Shown here one piece after another: positions 40,998-51,487 of a stretch of 64,000 bases of DNA; position 1 is the stretch's first letter, and each line of letters opens with the position of its first letter. The DNA is from an uncultured Chlamydiae bacterium (lineage in GTDB: Bacteria > Chlamydiota > Chlamydiia > Chlamydiales > Parachlamydiaceae). The position numbers were made by a program, and so were the translations under genes. The notes under the pieces were generated by a model, which did no database searches, had not been told where the DNA came from, and saw only the letters and a list, made by a program, of their open reading frames with translations. The stretch spans positions 25,960-89,959 of the forward strand of contig CAWHMU010000047.1 in NCBI GenBank assembly GCA_963830365.1, written 5' to 3'.

Positions 40998-42410
40998 TTA
41001 GTAGCATAGATGGTGCCAAAGCACGTTTTTTTGATTATCTTGAGCAGGCTTCTCTAAATAATTAATTTTTCCCATGAAGATAATCTCGAAAGTCACCAGA
41101 TTTTGTTCATATGGGTGAGTTTTGTTCCACCGCTCACAAAGATAGCTAGCAAAGCTGGACAAGTTGACGGCATTATTCTCGTCAAACACCAGATTCATCA
41201 TAAACGATTTCCAGCGATCATTCTTAAATAGAGTCGAGCATAGCTCTGGATGCTGCCAGCTGACAGGACCTCCATCGGTAAAAAGATCCACCTCATTGCC
41301 ATTTCGCAGTTTGGCAGGAATGACAAACCAGCCATCGTCCCTAAGCGGGTAAGGCGCAAACATATTCCAATACTGATCGATTCTTACCAATGGTCCGATG
41401 GCATTCAGTTGCGGAGAAAGAAGTGGGACATTGAGTCCCTGTATATTCCATAACAAGACATAGATTAGAAAAAAAATTGCTAATCCGTTAGATAGCCTAC
41501 TTGCTTTCCAGCCTATTGCCGGAATGTGATTTGAGCCAAGTATGCGCTCCCAGAACCAGCCGGGTAAAAATACCATCCAGGCAACGGCGCAAACGTAGGG
41601 GAAAATACCCAGTTCCATAGTAAGATTTAGGGCCATGAGATGAAAAAGGATAAAAACAATAGCAGTCACTGTTCTTACAGGGCCTGTCCAAATTGGCGAA
41701 AATGCCAAAAAAGGCCCGAAGGCCTCCAAATATAGTGTCGCGAAGGTGGAAATCTTTAGCAAAAAGGGAAATTGCAGCAAATATTTACCTGTTGAGGTGG
41801 CAAATAGCTCGTTGCTGAGTGCATACCAGACCGCTGTGCCGTCCTGTCGCCAACTTGCATCGGTCTTTAAGAGAGCTGAAAACCAATATATAAAACAAAC
41901 TTGAAGTAACAGGGCCGCCGTACCGCCTGAAAAGACTTGGTATAGCTGGTTTTTTTTATCCCATAGCCGCTGGTCAATAGACCAACAAGCGCCCAATGGC
42001 AAAAACATGCCCCAGAAAAGGAGCATGCGCAAGACAACATCTCCTCCCTGAAGAATGAGCGGATTGCGCGAATGAAGCGAGATGAGAAATATCCATGAAA
42101 GAATAGTTGCTAATCGTGTGTGAAACCCTACCAGCAGTGCCACGGCAAATAGTGCTTCCAACATAAAGAAGACTAATTGAACCTGCCATGTGCCACTCAC
42201 AAGATGAAATGAAATATTCCAAGCATCCATGACTTGATTAATCAGCACACTTCGAGGCAGGAGCCCTTCGTCAGAATAGTGGATGGTAAGATCCTGAATC
42301 CGAATGAATAGGTCCACCAGAAGAACTAGTGCCAGCCCGATGCGAAAGAGTGCTAAGCTGCGGATGTCAATGCCAAACAGTTCTTTGAATTTTACATTCC
42401 ACCTATGCAT
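40998..42410 (-). CDS. HTTM-domain membrane protein (vitamin K-dependent carboxylase-like TM domain)
   Basis: DIRSLALFRIGL, YSDEGLLPR, LVGFHTR, SLHSRNPLILQGGD, LPLG..WSID, Q..IYW..ALLK...W..G.A, DQYWNMFAP. Confidence 0.82.
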   Translation of the reverse strand: MHRWNVKFKELFGIDIRSLALFRIGLALVLLVDLFIRIQDLTIHYSDEGLLPRSVLINQVMDAWNISFHLVSGTWQVQLVFFMLEALFAVALLVGFHTRLATILSWIFLISLHSRNPLILQGGDVVLRMLLFWGMFLPLGACWSIDQRLWDKKNQLYQVFSGGTAALLLQVCFIYWFSALLKTDASWRQDGTAVWYALSNELFATSTGKYLLQFPFLLKISTFATLYLEAFGPFLAFSPIWTGPVRTVTAIVFILFHLMALNLTMELGIFPYVCAVAWMVFLPGWFWERILGSNHIPAIGWKASRLSNGLAIFFLIYVLLWNIQGLNVPLLSPQLNAIGPLVRIDQYWNMFAPYPLRDDGWFVIPAKLRNGNEVDLFTDGGPVSWQHPELCSTLFKNDRWKSFMMNLVFDENNAVNLSSFASYLCERWNKTHPYEQNLVTFEIIFMGKINYLEKPAQDNQKNVLWHHLCY

Positions 42411-42566
42411 TTGACCCTTAAGAATGATCGATGTAATGATTTCAATCATATTGCAGCTGGCCATGATTATGACCAGCTGCAAGCTATCGCGATTTATTTA
42501 GTGATATTGAATTATCCGATACCAGCCATTATGGCTGGTATCGGTTTTGCCTTGGGGGTACCATCG

Positions 42567-44318
42567 CTAACGGCGGTGACCGCCCTGGTGACCACCCCGG
42601 TGACCGCCTTGGTGACCACCCTGATAGCCTCCTTGGTGACCGCCTTGGTGTCCACCCTGGTGACCACCCTGGTGTCCACCCTGGTGACCGCCTTGGTGTC
42701 CACCCTGATGTCCACCATGGTGTCCACCTTCGTGACCTCCGTAATAAGTACCAGTGTATCCCCCGTAATAGCTACCGGTGTATCCACCATAATAACCACC
42801 ATAATAACCACCATAATAACCACCCGAAGGGGGGATGTATGTGGGAGGCGAAACTGGCGTTACATACGTTGGCGTAGAAGGGGGCGGTGTGGGATAGGTC
42901 GGTGTTGGATATGGTTCTGGCGGTGGAGTTGGTTGAACAGGTGTTGGATATACTGTGGGTGGCGTCTCTGTGGGATGTGGGGGAATAGGTGCTGTCTGTG
43001 GTGGTTCAGGATGTTCAGGAGGCTGTACAGGAGGCGTTTTAGGTGGAATTACAGGTTTTGTATCTGTTGGAATAGGAGGCAATGTACCAGTTCCTGAAGC
43101 AGGAGGTTGCTCTCCTGGAGGAACCGGTTTAGGCGGTGTTTTGTCCGTTGTTGTCCCACTTGGAGGTGTCGTAATGGGATTCTTAGGAAATAAATTATCG
43201 ACAGTATCGATGAGTATCGTGCCATCAGGTGGAAAAAATGGGATGTCATTTTTTCCAATGGCATCAATAATTGCTTTAATCCATTGATCTATGTTAGGCA
43301 CACCCGCCGGGGTGATAAATATGGGTGTTGGAAAGAAATCAAAAATATTGATGAATACACCCGGTGGTGGAGGGATCATATTGATGAGATCGATGGTTAT
43401 AAATGGGGGAGCGGGGAAGCCCGGATTTGCCCACCACCACCATAGCCACCATTGGTCAGACCAAGGAATCGACCACCAATCTGACCATCTCCACCAGGCA
43501 GGAATACATTCACAGCCGTCCCAGATCTGTGGCTGGTAATGCCAGTAGAAGTTGGCTTCAGCTTGGTAGTCAGGGTAGCTAAAGGTAAGTTGTTGGACGA
43601 CCTTCTGCGGCTCTACCACACTTTGGGATTTGCAGTCGTAGATGACACCGCGCACATCGAGTGTCCAGTCCCAATAAGTTGGAACGAAAAGATATCCTTC
43701 AGGCCTCCACACCCAGTGCGCAGGCTCCAAGATCCAATTAGGATCGTACTTTTGCCACGAGCCGCCAAACCATTTGAACACTCCTTTCGTGTTCAAAACC
43801 GTTGTAAACCAGCCTTTGGGCGCCTCGTAGCTCCAGTATCCCGAAAGCCAGAAGTAATTAGCCCCGGGGGATGCGCCCGTGTTTTCATTCGGCGGCTTTG
43901 AAGGGGCATCCGGACTATAAACCCAGCTGGATGCCGGATTTGGCATCCAAGCCCCTTTAATCCATGTCCAACCACCTTTCACTTCCTTCCAATATCCGGT
44001 GGACCATGTATGATCAGGAGGGGGTAAACGCCAGAGGCCGCACACCCAGATAAAATCTTGCTTTTCGCGCATCCATTCCCAATATCCCGAGATCCAAATC
44101 ATGCGTGGAGCCGGTTGTGGCGGTTGAGTATCTGCCATAGGCGCGGGAGGTTGTTTCGCAATGACCTCTTGAGGAACCGGATCCGTGATCCGCAAGACAT
44201 AAGCCTCATGAATGGGCTGAATAGCGACAGTTGGCGGGGTCTCAGCGGCATTTATGTGACTAGCTGCACCAATTAGCTGACTAGCTAGTAAGAGCAGCAA
44301 AAGTTTTATTTTTTTCAT
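42567..44318 (-). CDS. Secreted WxxGxW (YXWGXW)-repeat protein with Pro-rich linker and GGYY/GGHQ repeat tail
   Basis: Signal peptide; PIHEA; WISGYW, WVCGLW, WSTGYW, WIKGAW, WLSGYW, WFGGSW; Trp-rich segment; C-terminal (GGHx)14. Confidence 0.85.
   Translation of the reverse strand: MKKIKLLLLLLASQLIGAASHINAAETPPTVAIQPIHEAYVLRITDPVPQEVIAKQPPAPMADTQPPQPAPRMIWISGYWEWMREKQDFIWVCGLWRLPPPDHTWSTGYWKEVKGGWTWIKGAWMPNPASSWVYSPDAPSKPPNENTGASPGANYFWLSGYWSYEAPKGWFTTVLNTKGVFKWFGGSWQKYDPNWILEPAHWVWRPEGYLFVPTYWDWTLDVRGVIYDCKSQSVVEPQKVVQQLTFSYPDYQAEANFYWHYQPQIWDGCECIPAWWRWSDWWSIPWSDQWWLWWWWANPGFPAPPFITIDLINMIPPPPGVFINIFDFFPTPIFITPAGVPNIDQWIKAIIDAIGKNDIPFFPPDGTILIDTVDNLFPKNPITTPPSGTTTDKTPPKPVPPGEQPPASGTGTLPPIPTDTKPVIPPKTPPVQPPEHPEPPQTAPIPPHPTETPPTVYPTPVQPTPPPEPYPTPTYPTPPPSTPTYVTPVSPPTYIPPSGGYYGGYYGGYYGGYTGSYYGGYTGTYYGGHEGGHHGGHQGGHQGGHQGGHQGGHQGGHQGGHQGGYQGGHQGGHRGGHQGGHRR
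42570..42826 (-). repeat. 12-bp coding tandem repeats (GGHQ / GGYY)
   Basis: Repeated GGTGACCACCCT/GGTGTCCACCCT and ACCACCATAATA units. Confidence 0.9.
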
Positions 44319-44578
44319 AAACCTCCCGACGGGAAAAAAGTTATCAATCTAACCGGATAGTAAATAATTATTTGTAAAATTACAATTTTTTTTACATCTT
44401 TCTTAATAATTGAAAAATTTGCTGGGGTTTGCAAGTTTGCAACTTCTTGGCGCAAGTTGCCAGTCTAACACCGGCATACCAAGGAGAAATAATGGACGAA
44501 AAGTGAAGTGCAGTTCCTTAGGCCCTTTCATTTTAAGGACGAAGTTAAACCGGTAGTCAAATTTATCTGTGATGCCTT

Positions 44579-46360
44579 ATGGTGCAGCATATGGAAAGAA
44601 ATCTTTGGGGCAGTCTGAAAGTCATTTTTCTACAGTACCGTAGGCGTTTTGTCAAGGCGGCGGTGATGGTTGTGATCGCCAACCTGCTGCTGGTTATGAC
44701 GCCGCTTGCCTTCAGGCAGGCGGTGGCGGCGGTGGATGCGAAGGGGTTGCCGGCGGCAAGCTTGGCGCACCGCCTGCTCGGATCCTATGCCACATCCCTT
44801 TGGGCATGGGTCGTGGTCTTGCTGGCATTATCGGTGGGCGCTGCCTGTTTCAAATACTTTATGCGCATGACCTTTATCGCCATCAGCCGCGATGCCGAGC
44901 GCGATGTGCGCTCAAAACTCTTCGACCGCATCCAGGAGCAGTCGATGGCTTTTTTCGACAGCCATGGCATCGGCGAGTTGCTGAGCCGTCTCTCCAATGA
45001 CATCTCGGCCTATCGCGATGTGCTGGGGCCGGGGATCATGTATCCTTTATTTTTCATTACGCTAGTGGCACCGGGCATGGCGGCGCTGTTTTATATCGAG
45101 CCTAAGCTTGCACTGATATCGTTGGTACCCTTGCTTGCCATCCCCGTACTGAATTTGACCACCCGCCAGCGGGTATACCTGCTGGCGCATCAGGTGCAGA
45201 AGGGGCTGGCTGATCTGAGCGCCATGGCGCAGGAGCATTATGCCGGCATCCGCATTGTCAAAGGCTATGCCGCAGAAAATCTGCTGACGGTGCATTTTAG
45301 CGCACTTTGCCAAAGTCTGATCGGCATCAATACCAAATTGAATTGTTTTCAAGGGTTGCTATTTCCCTTTTTCAATCTCATCACCAAGCTGGTGACGGTG
45401 GTTTTGGTCCTGTTTACCGGCCTGATCATCCTTAAAGCCTGGGGCACGTTGAGCGCCGCTGATTTTGTGTCGTTCATGTGGATCCAGTCGTATGTCTTTT
45501 TCCCTGTCTTGATGCTGGCCTGGGTGCTGCCCATTTATCAGCGGGGGGCGGCGGCCTATGAACGGCTGGTTGAAATCTATCATGAGCCCATACAAGTTCA
45601 AAACACGGGCTCTGCCGGGCTAAAGATTACTGCCGGCGCCGACATCGAATTTAAGCAGCTGACTTTTGCCTATCCGCGGGCAGAAAAAAACACCTTAAAC
45701 GATTTCTCGCTGCATATCAAAGGCGGGTCATTTGTCGGCATCACCGGGCCGGTGGGCAGCGGCAAGACGACCTTATTCCGTCTGCTCAACCGCGAATATG
45801 AGATTCCGCGTGATAAGCTGATCATCGGCGGACATGACGTCCATGATTATCGGCTGGAAGCCTTCTGGAACGAAATGGTCACGGTGGAGCAGATGCCATT
45901 TTTGTTTTCGCGCACCATCGCCGACAACGTGCGCTTCGGCAACGCGGAGGCCCTGCAGGCTGAGGTTGAGGCAGCAGCGGCCTATGCCGATCTGCATGAG
46001 ACCGTGCAGAGCTTCCCCGCGCAATACAACACGCTTGTCGGTGAGAGGGGCGTGACGCTTTCCGGCGGCCAGAAGCAGCGCGTAGCTATGGCCAGGGCTT
46101 TTTTGGTCGACCGCTCCATCTTGCTGCTCGACGACATCTTTTCCGCCGTCGATGCCGAAACGGAGATGCGCATCTTTATGGCCATGCAGGCCAATTTAAG
46201 GCATAAGACGATATTGTTTATCAGCCACCGCATATCGGTGCTTGAAGCCATGGACCGCATTATCTATATGCAGGCCGGCAGGATCGTCGAAGACGGCACG
46301 CCGCAGGCACTCAAAGTTAAGAACGGACCCTATGCCGCCATGGTGGCATTGCAAAGCTGA
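44579..46360 (+). CDS. ABC exporter, fused TMD+NBD (MdlA-like)
   Basis: GPVGSGKTT, VGERGVTLSGGQKQR, LLDDIFSAVD. Confidence 0.92.
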   Translation: MVQHMERNLWGSLKVIFLQYRRRFVKAAVMVVIANLLLVMTPLAFRQAVAAVDAKGLPAASLAHRLLGSYATSLWAWVVVLLALSVGAACFKYFMRMTFIAISRDAERDVRSKLFDRIQEQSMAFFDSHGIGELLSRLSNDISAYRDVLGPGIMYPLFFITLVAPGMAALFYIEPKLALISLVPLLAIPVLNLTTRQRVYLLAHQVQKGLADLSAMAQEHYAGIRIVKGYAAENLLTVHFSALCQSLIGINTKLNCFQGLLFPFFNLITKLVTVVLVLFTGLIILKAWGTLSAADFVSFMWIQSYVFFPVLMLAWVLPIYQRGAAAYERLVEIYHEPIQVQNTGSAGLKITAGADIEFKQLTFAYPRAEKNTLNDFSLHIKGGSFVGITGPVGSGKTTLFRLLNREYEIPRDKLIIGGHDVHDYRLEAFWNEMVTVEQMPFLFSRTIADNVRFGNAEALQAEVEAAAAYADLHETVQSFPAQYNTLVGERGVTLSGGQKQRVAMARAFLVDRSILLLDDIFSAVDAETEMRIFMAMQANLRHKTILFISHRISVLEAMDRIIYMQAGRIVEDGTPQALKVKNGPYAAMVALQS

Positions 46361-46366
46361 ACATGT

Positions 46367-48178
46367 ATGGATTATCGTAAGCACCACAGCGAATATCTTA
46401 AAGAACAGGTGTTCTCAAAGGCTCTTGACAGGCAGCTCATTTGGCGGCTGCTCGGCTATTTGCAGCCCTATCGCCTATGGCTGGCAGCCGCCCTCTTTTT
46501 CCTGCTCATCTCCAAGCTGATAGAAGCCGGCGTGCCGATCTTCATCGGGCACATCAGCCAAAAAATCCTCGATAGCAGTGTTTTAGACGCCTCGCAGAAG
46601 AGCTTGTTAATGGACGGTATTTTGCGCGAATGCTTTTTGATCTTAGGCCTTTTTTTGTTCAGTTATGCCTTTGATCTCGGCAATGTGATCCTTAGGAGCT
46701 GGATCGGTCAGAAAGCCCTCTACACGCTGCGGATGCGGGTGTACCGCCATATGCTGCGCATGCCGCTCTCTTACTTCGACAAGCATAGCGTTGGACGCCT
46801 GATGACGCGCACCATCCATGATATCGACCAGATCAACCAGATGTTTGCCGAAAGCGTCATCCCCATTCTGGGCAATCTATTTCTGTATATCGGCATCTTT
46901 ATCGGCATCGTCATCATCGACTGGCAGATAGCCGTTTTTGTGATCGCCATCATGCCTTTGGTATGGTGGTTGACGCACCGTTTCCGCTGCCTGCAAAGGC
47001 GCTGCTACGAACGCATCCGCACGGTGGTGTCGGCCATGAATACCTTTGTGCAGGAACATCTGCTGGGGATCTCGACGGTGCGCAATTTCGGCTTGCAAGC
47101 CCAAGCCAGGCGCTCTTTTGAGGAGATCAATGAGGATCAGTGCAATGCCTACATGGAGAGCATCGGCCATTTCGGCTTTTTCATCGCCGCCATCGAACTT
47201 ATGCAAAACAGTGCGCTGATCATCGCCTTCGCGTTGATTGTCATTTTCACCCCCCATGCCGACGGCTTCCAGGCCGGCACCTACTTCACCTTCAGCCTCT
47301 ATGCCATGATGTTCTTCCGCCCCTTAGCCGATCTGGCCGAACGCTATAACGTGCTGCAGTCGGCCATGGCCGCGGCAGCGCGCATCTTCGATCTGCTGGA
47401 CACCCATTCAGAACAGTCCAAAGACCATGGCGCCATCGAACTTGATGAAATCGAAACCATCATCTTTAATGATGTCTGGTTTGCTTATGAAGCGGACAAT
47501 TGGGTGCTGAAGGGTTTGTCTTTATCGCTCAACAAAGGGGAATCGGCGGCCCTGGTGGGCATGACGGGAGAGGGTAAATCCACCATTATGGCCCTTTTGC
47601 TGCGCTTTTATGAGCGGCAGAAAGGGCAGATCACAATCAATGGACGGGATATCGGCAGCTATTCCCTAGCTTCACTAAGGAGCCGTTTCGGCATCGTGCT
47701 GCAGGATCCGGTGATCTTTTCCGGCTCCTTTGCCGACAATATCGCCTTATTCAATCCGGAGATCGGACGCAAAGATATCGAGAGAGTTATCAACTATCTT
47801 GAGATGGGGCCGTTCATCAGCCGTTTTCCTGCCGGACTCGACCACATGCTGAGTGAACAGGGCAAGAGCCTGTCGGCAGGCGAGCGGCAGATGGTATCGC
47901 TGGCACGTGCCGTCGCCCACCGGCGCAGCGTGCTCATCCTCGATGAGGCCACCGCCAATATCGATACGACAACCGAGCATGTCATTCAACAAGCTTTGGA
48001 AAAGATTTTGACCAGCACCACGGCCATTGTCGTCGCCCATCGTCTCTCGACCATTAAAGATGTCAGCCGCATCTTCGTTTTGCAAGCCGGAACAATCGTT
48101 GAACAGGGCAATCATGATGGTCTGATGGCCAAGAAAGGTGTTTATGAAAAACTCTACCGTCTTCAGTTTTCCCAATAA
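46367..48178 (+). CDS. ABC exporter, fused TMD+NBD (MdlB-like heterodimer partner)
   Basis: VGRLMTR, GMTGEGKST, LSAGERQ, LDEATANID, AHRLST. Confidence 0.92.
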   Translation: MDYRKHHSEYLKEQVFSKALDRQLIWRLLGYLQPYRLWLAAALFFLLISKLIEAGVPIFIGHISQKILDSSVLDASQKSLLMDGILRECFLILGLFLFSYAFDLGNVILRSWIGQKALYTLRMRVYRHMLRMPLSYFDKHSVGRLMTRTIHDIDQINQMFAESVIPILGNLFLYIGIFIGIVIIDWQIAVFVIAIMPLVWWLTHRFRCLQRRCYERIRTVVSAMNTFVQEHLLGISTVRNFGLQAQARRSFEEINEDQCNAYMESIGHFGFFIAAIELMQNSALIIAFALIVIFTPHADGFQAGTYFTFSLYAMMFFRPLADLAERYNVLQSAMAAAARIFDLLDTHSEQSKDHGAIELDEIETIIFNDVWFAYEADNWVLKGLSLSLNKGESAALVGMTGEGKSTIMALLLRFYERQKGQITINGRDIGSYSLASLRSRFGIVLQDPVIFSGSFADNIALFNPEIGRKDIERVINYLEMGPFISRFPAGLDHMLSEQGKSLSAGERQMVSLARAVAHRRSVLILDEATANIDTTTEHVIQQALEKILTSTTAIVVAHRLSTIKDVSRIFVLQAGTIVEQGNHDGLMAKKGVYEKLYRLQFSQ

Positions 48179-48187
48179 AAAAATTGG

Positions 48188-49420
48188 TCAGAAGTCCTCG
48201 GCCGCAGTGAAGGCTTCTGCCGCCGGAGCATTTCCCGAAGAAGGTGCCACCAGGTGGTCGCCAAGGATGTATTTTTTTCTATACTGGTCGTCTGCATAGC
48301 GGGGGAGGGCAGAGAGCATCTCTTTTCGATCCGTTATATAGTCGGCTGAAAAGACACATTCAACCACATCACTGCCGGGCAGGGTGGCGAATGTCTCCTT
48401 GATCTTCTTTAAAAGGGCAGTGATATCCTGCTGGGAAAGCGGTGTTTTTAATTGACTGATTTCTCTTTTCAGCATGTCGTCTAGAGCCTTTTTAAAATCA
48501 GGCATCATCCCTTCCTCGTCCGTAATACTGATGCGATAATTTCCATCAGCCAACAGTTTGCAGCCGCAATCAATAAAGAAAAGATTGCCGGTGGAGCGGC
48601 TTTTTAAAAAAACTATCGGCATCGACTCTATGTCTGTTAATTTAGTCGATAGTGAATCCAGGATGAATTTTGGCACGAAGGAGACGGCGTTGGCACTTTC
48701 GATAGGCACAATCGAGCCGCCGGCCATCAAATCCTCAAGCGAGGTACTTTTTACTTTATAAGAGGCCATATCTTTTAGAAGTTTGGCATAGGGAGGAAGG
48801 GCTTCAAGCAAGACTTGATGGGAATCTTTTGGCAAAACAATGTTTTGGTCTTTTGGTTGGTATTTACTAATATTCTGCGCCCTTGAGCAGAATTTGATAT
48901 ATTCTGCTGGCAGCGTTTTATGATGGGTGTTTTTATAAATATCTCCGATGGCTAAGCGAAACTCTTTCAGTATCGACTGTGCTTTTGTATCCCTGTAAAC
49001 GGGATCCACGGCAAAAAATGAAATTTTGTCGAAACCGCTTTTTATCAGCATGGCCCCCAAAATGTATTCCATCAGCAGGAAGCGCGAGCCAAGAGAGATA
49101 AGGGCTAATGGTCTATCTTTAGGGCATTTGGCGACAGTTTCTGCAAAGACCTTTTGGATAAAGGCCAGGCGGGCATGCAAATTACCGGCCGCACTATCAG
49201 TAGAACAGGAAAAGTCCGTGTTTTTTATATGGACGGAGGAAATCTCGCTCTTGAAAGTTGAATTTACATTTCTTTCAACCAGACTTAGATTCTTTAGCCA
49301 TTTATTGGCCGTGTCTATAGCAGCAGAAGAGGTCGCGCCACCGGAAAAACTGTCCTTTTTTTCCTCTCTTTCCTGCTGGTTGCTATTGTGCAAATGATTT
49401 GCGGTGCTGAATTGGAGCAT
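48188..49420 (-). CDS. Hypothetical protein (candidate effector; possible degenerate Rossmann MTase-like segment)
   Basis: Polar, disordered N-terminus; LISLGSRFLLMEY...FFAVDPVY resembles motif I/II. Confidence 0.6.
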   Translation of the reverse strand: MLQFSTANHLHNSNQQEREEKKDSFSGGATSSAAIDTANKWLKNLSLVERNVNSTFKSEISSVHIKNTDFSCSTDSAAGNLHARLAFIQKVFAETVAKCPKDRPLALISLGSRFLLMEYILGAMLIKSGFDKISFFAVDPVYRDTKAQSILKEFRLAIGDIYKNTHHKTLPAEYIKFCSRAQNISKYQPKDQNIVLPKDSHQVLLEALPPYAKLLKDMASYKVKSTSLEDLMAGGSIVPIESANAVSFVPKFILDSLSTKLTDIESMPIVFLKSRSTGNLFFIDCGCKLLADGNYRISITDEEGMMPDFKKALDDMLKREISQLKTPLSQQDITALLKKIKETFATLPGSDVVECVFSADYITDRKEMLSALPRYADDQYRKKYILGDHLVAPSSGNAPAAEAFTAAEDF

Positions 49421-49484
49421 TTAGTTTACCAAAAGTTTTTATACGAATTAAACTGTGCATAACTTATAACAGCTAATAGCATAG

Positions 49485-49573
49485 TATACCATGGTTTAGT
49501 GAGAATTTGACATATTGGACCGCGGGGCTTTCGCGCAGTCCAATATGTCAAATTCTCACTAGATCATGGTATA
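49485..49573. repeat. Intact family E miniature hairpin element
   Basis: TATACCATGGTTTAGTGAGAATTTGACATATTGGAC-loop-GTCCAATATGTCAAATTCTCACTAGATCATGGTATA. Confidence 0.9.
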
Positions 49574-49608
49574 AAGCAAGCAGACGATGCAGAAGTGAAA
49601 GGAGTCTC

Positions 49609-50454
49609 ATGGACCGTTGGATAACCTATTTGCGCGAGCGCTTTCCTTTGGCGGCGGTTGCGCTGCTGGTGGCGGGGATTTCCCTTTCAAGCGTCTACCT
49701 ATATGGCAAGGCATTCCTGTGGCTGTCATTTCTGCTGTCATTTGCCGGTATTTTGTGCTTTTTTGCCCTATTGCGCTTGATGGATGATGTCAGGGATTTG
49801 GAAAAAGACTGCATCGCCCATCGCACACGTCCCCTGCCGCGCGGCCTGATCAAGAAAGAAGAAGCCATACAGGCCATCGAGCTGGGTCTCATTATCCTCT
49901 TTTCATATAGCCTCTTTATATGGGTATGCCTGCATTCTACGGCCGCCCTTAGCTATATTTGCCTGATCGGCTATGGCTGGCTGATATACAAAGGGTTCGG
50001 TGTGGGAACGTGGTTGGCCGGGCGTCCGGTGTGGTATGCGCTGGTGCGCCAGGCGGCCGTCTTACTCATCGCCGTCTTTGCCGTCAGTGCCGCCCATCCA
50101 GAAAAAACGCAGGCCCCATTAACATGGGCCTTTGCAGCCATGCTCTTTGGCGCCTTCTTCTGTTTTGAAATCTGTGGCAAACTGGATCCCCATATGCATC
50201 CTGTGCTGGCGACCTATGTGCATTTTTACGGCTTCCGCAAAATCTTTGAACTGGCAGCCTTTATGCTAATAATTTCGGCCATGAGTGCTATCGGCCTTGG
50301 TCTAGCGGGTTTGCTATTGCCGATCGAGGGCGCTGTGTTCATCACGCTATGCCTGCTCTTTTTTCAATACGCCTGGTATCGCATACCGGAGCTTGCCGCC
50401 ACCTTATCCTTGTTCATCCATGCCTGGGCCATCGTGATCCTCCATTTTTCATAA
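49609..50454 (+). CDS. UbiA prenyltransferase-like membrane protein
   Basis: YLRERFP, LRLMDDVRDLEKD...RPLPRGLI, FEICGK; AGGAG RBS. Confidence 0.75.
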   Translation: MDRWITYLRERFPLAAVALLVAGISLSSVYLYGKAFLWLSFLLSFAGILCFFALLRLMDDVRDLEKDCIAHRTRPLPRGLIKKEEAIQAIELGLIILFSYSLFIWVCLHSTAALSYICLIGYGWLIYKGFGVGTWLAGRPVWYALVRQAAVLLIAVFAVSAAHPEKTQAPLTWAFAAMLFGAFFCFEICGKLDPHMHPVLATYVHFYGFRKIFELAAFMLIISAMSAIGLGLAGLLLPIEGAVFITLCLLFFQYAWYRIPELAATLSLFIHAWAIVILHFS

Positions 50455-50457
50455 AAA

Positions 50458-51371
50458 TTATGGCAGTATTCGTTGGAAAATTGTAGTGATCCAAGCTTCA
50501 GCCAGAATGGCATTCTTTTGAGCGGCCGGCAAGGCATTGACAAATGCTTTGACGCTATTGAAAAGGGCAGCCTCGTTGAATAGATAGAGGGAGTCAAGCA
50601 TCTTTCCCAGCCGGACATTATATTCAATCCAGGCCTGGCCGGCATCTTTGTTTTTTACCGGTCCGCCCTTATTCGGCAGGGTAGTATCCCACCCCCAGGA
50701 GCTTAGGACCAGTCTGACCCCATCCCGATAATTTGCCATGAATTCAGCATCGCTTTTCAGCAGTGCAATTTCCCTGTCAGAAACGGCGCATGCCTGGTGC
50801 TTAGCACCGGCTCTGTTGATGGGGAACACCCACCAATCATAATGGCCATGAAGAGCGTTGGGATCAAATTCCTGCCACTTTTTTTTGCCGCCCATTCCCG
50901 GAAGAGACCGACATGATTTGCGTTCAAACGTTTAATGTTTTCAAGTTTGGCAGGCAACGTCTTGGCAGTCTTTACCACAACACTTAGTGGCGGGGTGGGC
51001 GCTGGCTTGTTTTTACCATCGCCAGGTTTCGGCAGCAATGCGGGCATTTGGGCGAATATGTCTTTGGCAAAAGCTTGGATCTTATGATTTTGCGCGTGCA
51101 GGAATTCATTAGTGATGCCTTTAACATCGGTATAGACAGTTTTTTCAGCGCTGATGATCGCCTTAGCGAAATTTTTACCTAAGAGATGTTGTGCTTGCAA
51201 CATGTTAAATACTCTATGGGCGATCATTTCATCCAATGGGATAGCTGAGTTTTTTAAGCTCATGCGGTATATGCTGTTACCAATTTTAACTGTGCCTTCC
51301 ATGGCTGAAATAGGGGTATAGATAAAATCAGGCCACGGTGATGCGGGGGAGGTGACGGCGATGGAACTCAT
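50458..51371 (-). CDS. Hypothetical protein split at an A8 run (ORFs 50757-51371 and 50458-50895)
   Basis: Upstream ORF reads ...FREWAAKK; -1 frame continues KKWQEF...HYDWWVFPI...VRLGKMLDSL. Confidence 0.55.
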
Positions 51372-51487
51372 AGAGGTCTCATTTGGATTTAATTTATGTT
51401 TTATTATACAACTAGATGTCATTTGTTGCAAATTCTGGTGATTTGTGTTTTATCAAGCGAGTGTGCCGTTTTATTAAATTAGCTGTT

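Noticed and set aside
42405..43097. 230-aa ORF with (VTTL/VSTL)n repeats
   Set aside because: Antisense reading of the 12-bp GGHQ repeat; the minus-strand gene has the signal peptide and domain structure.
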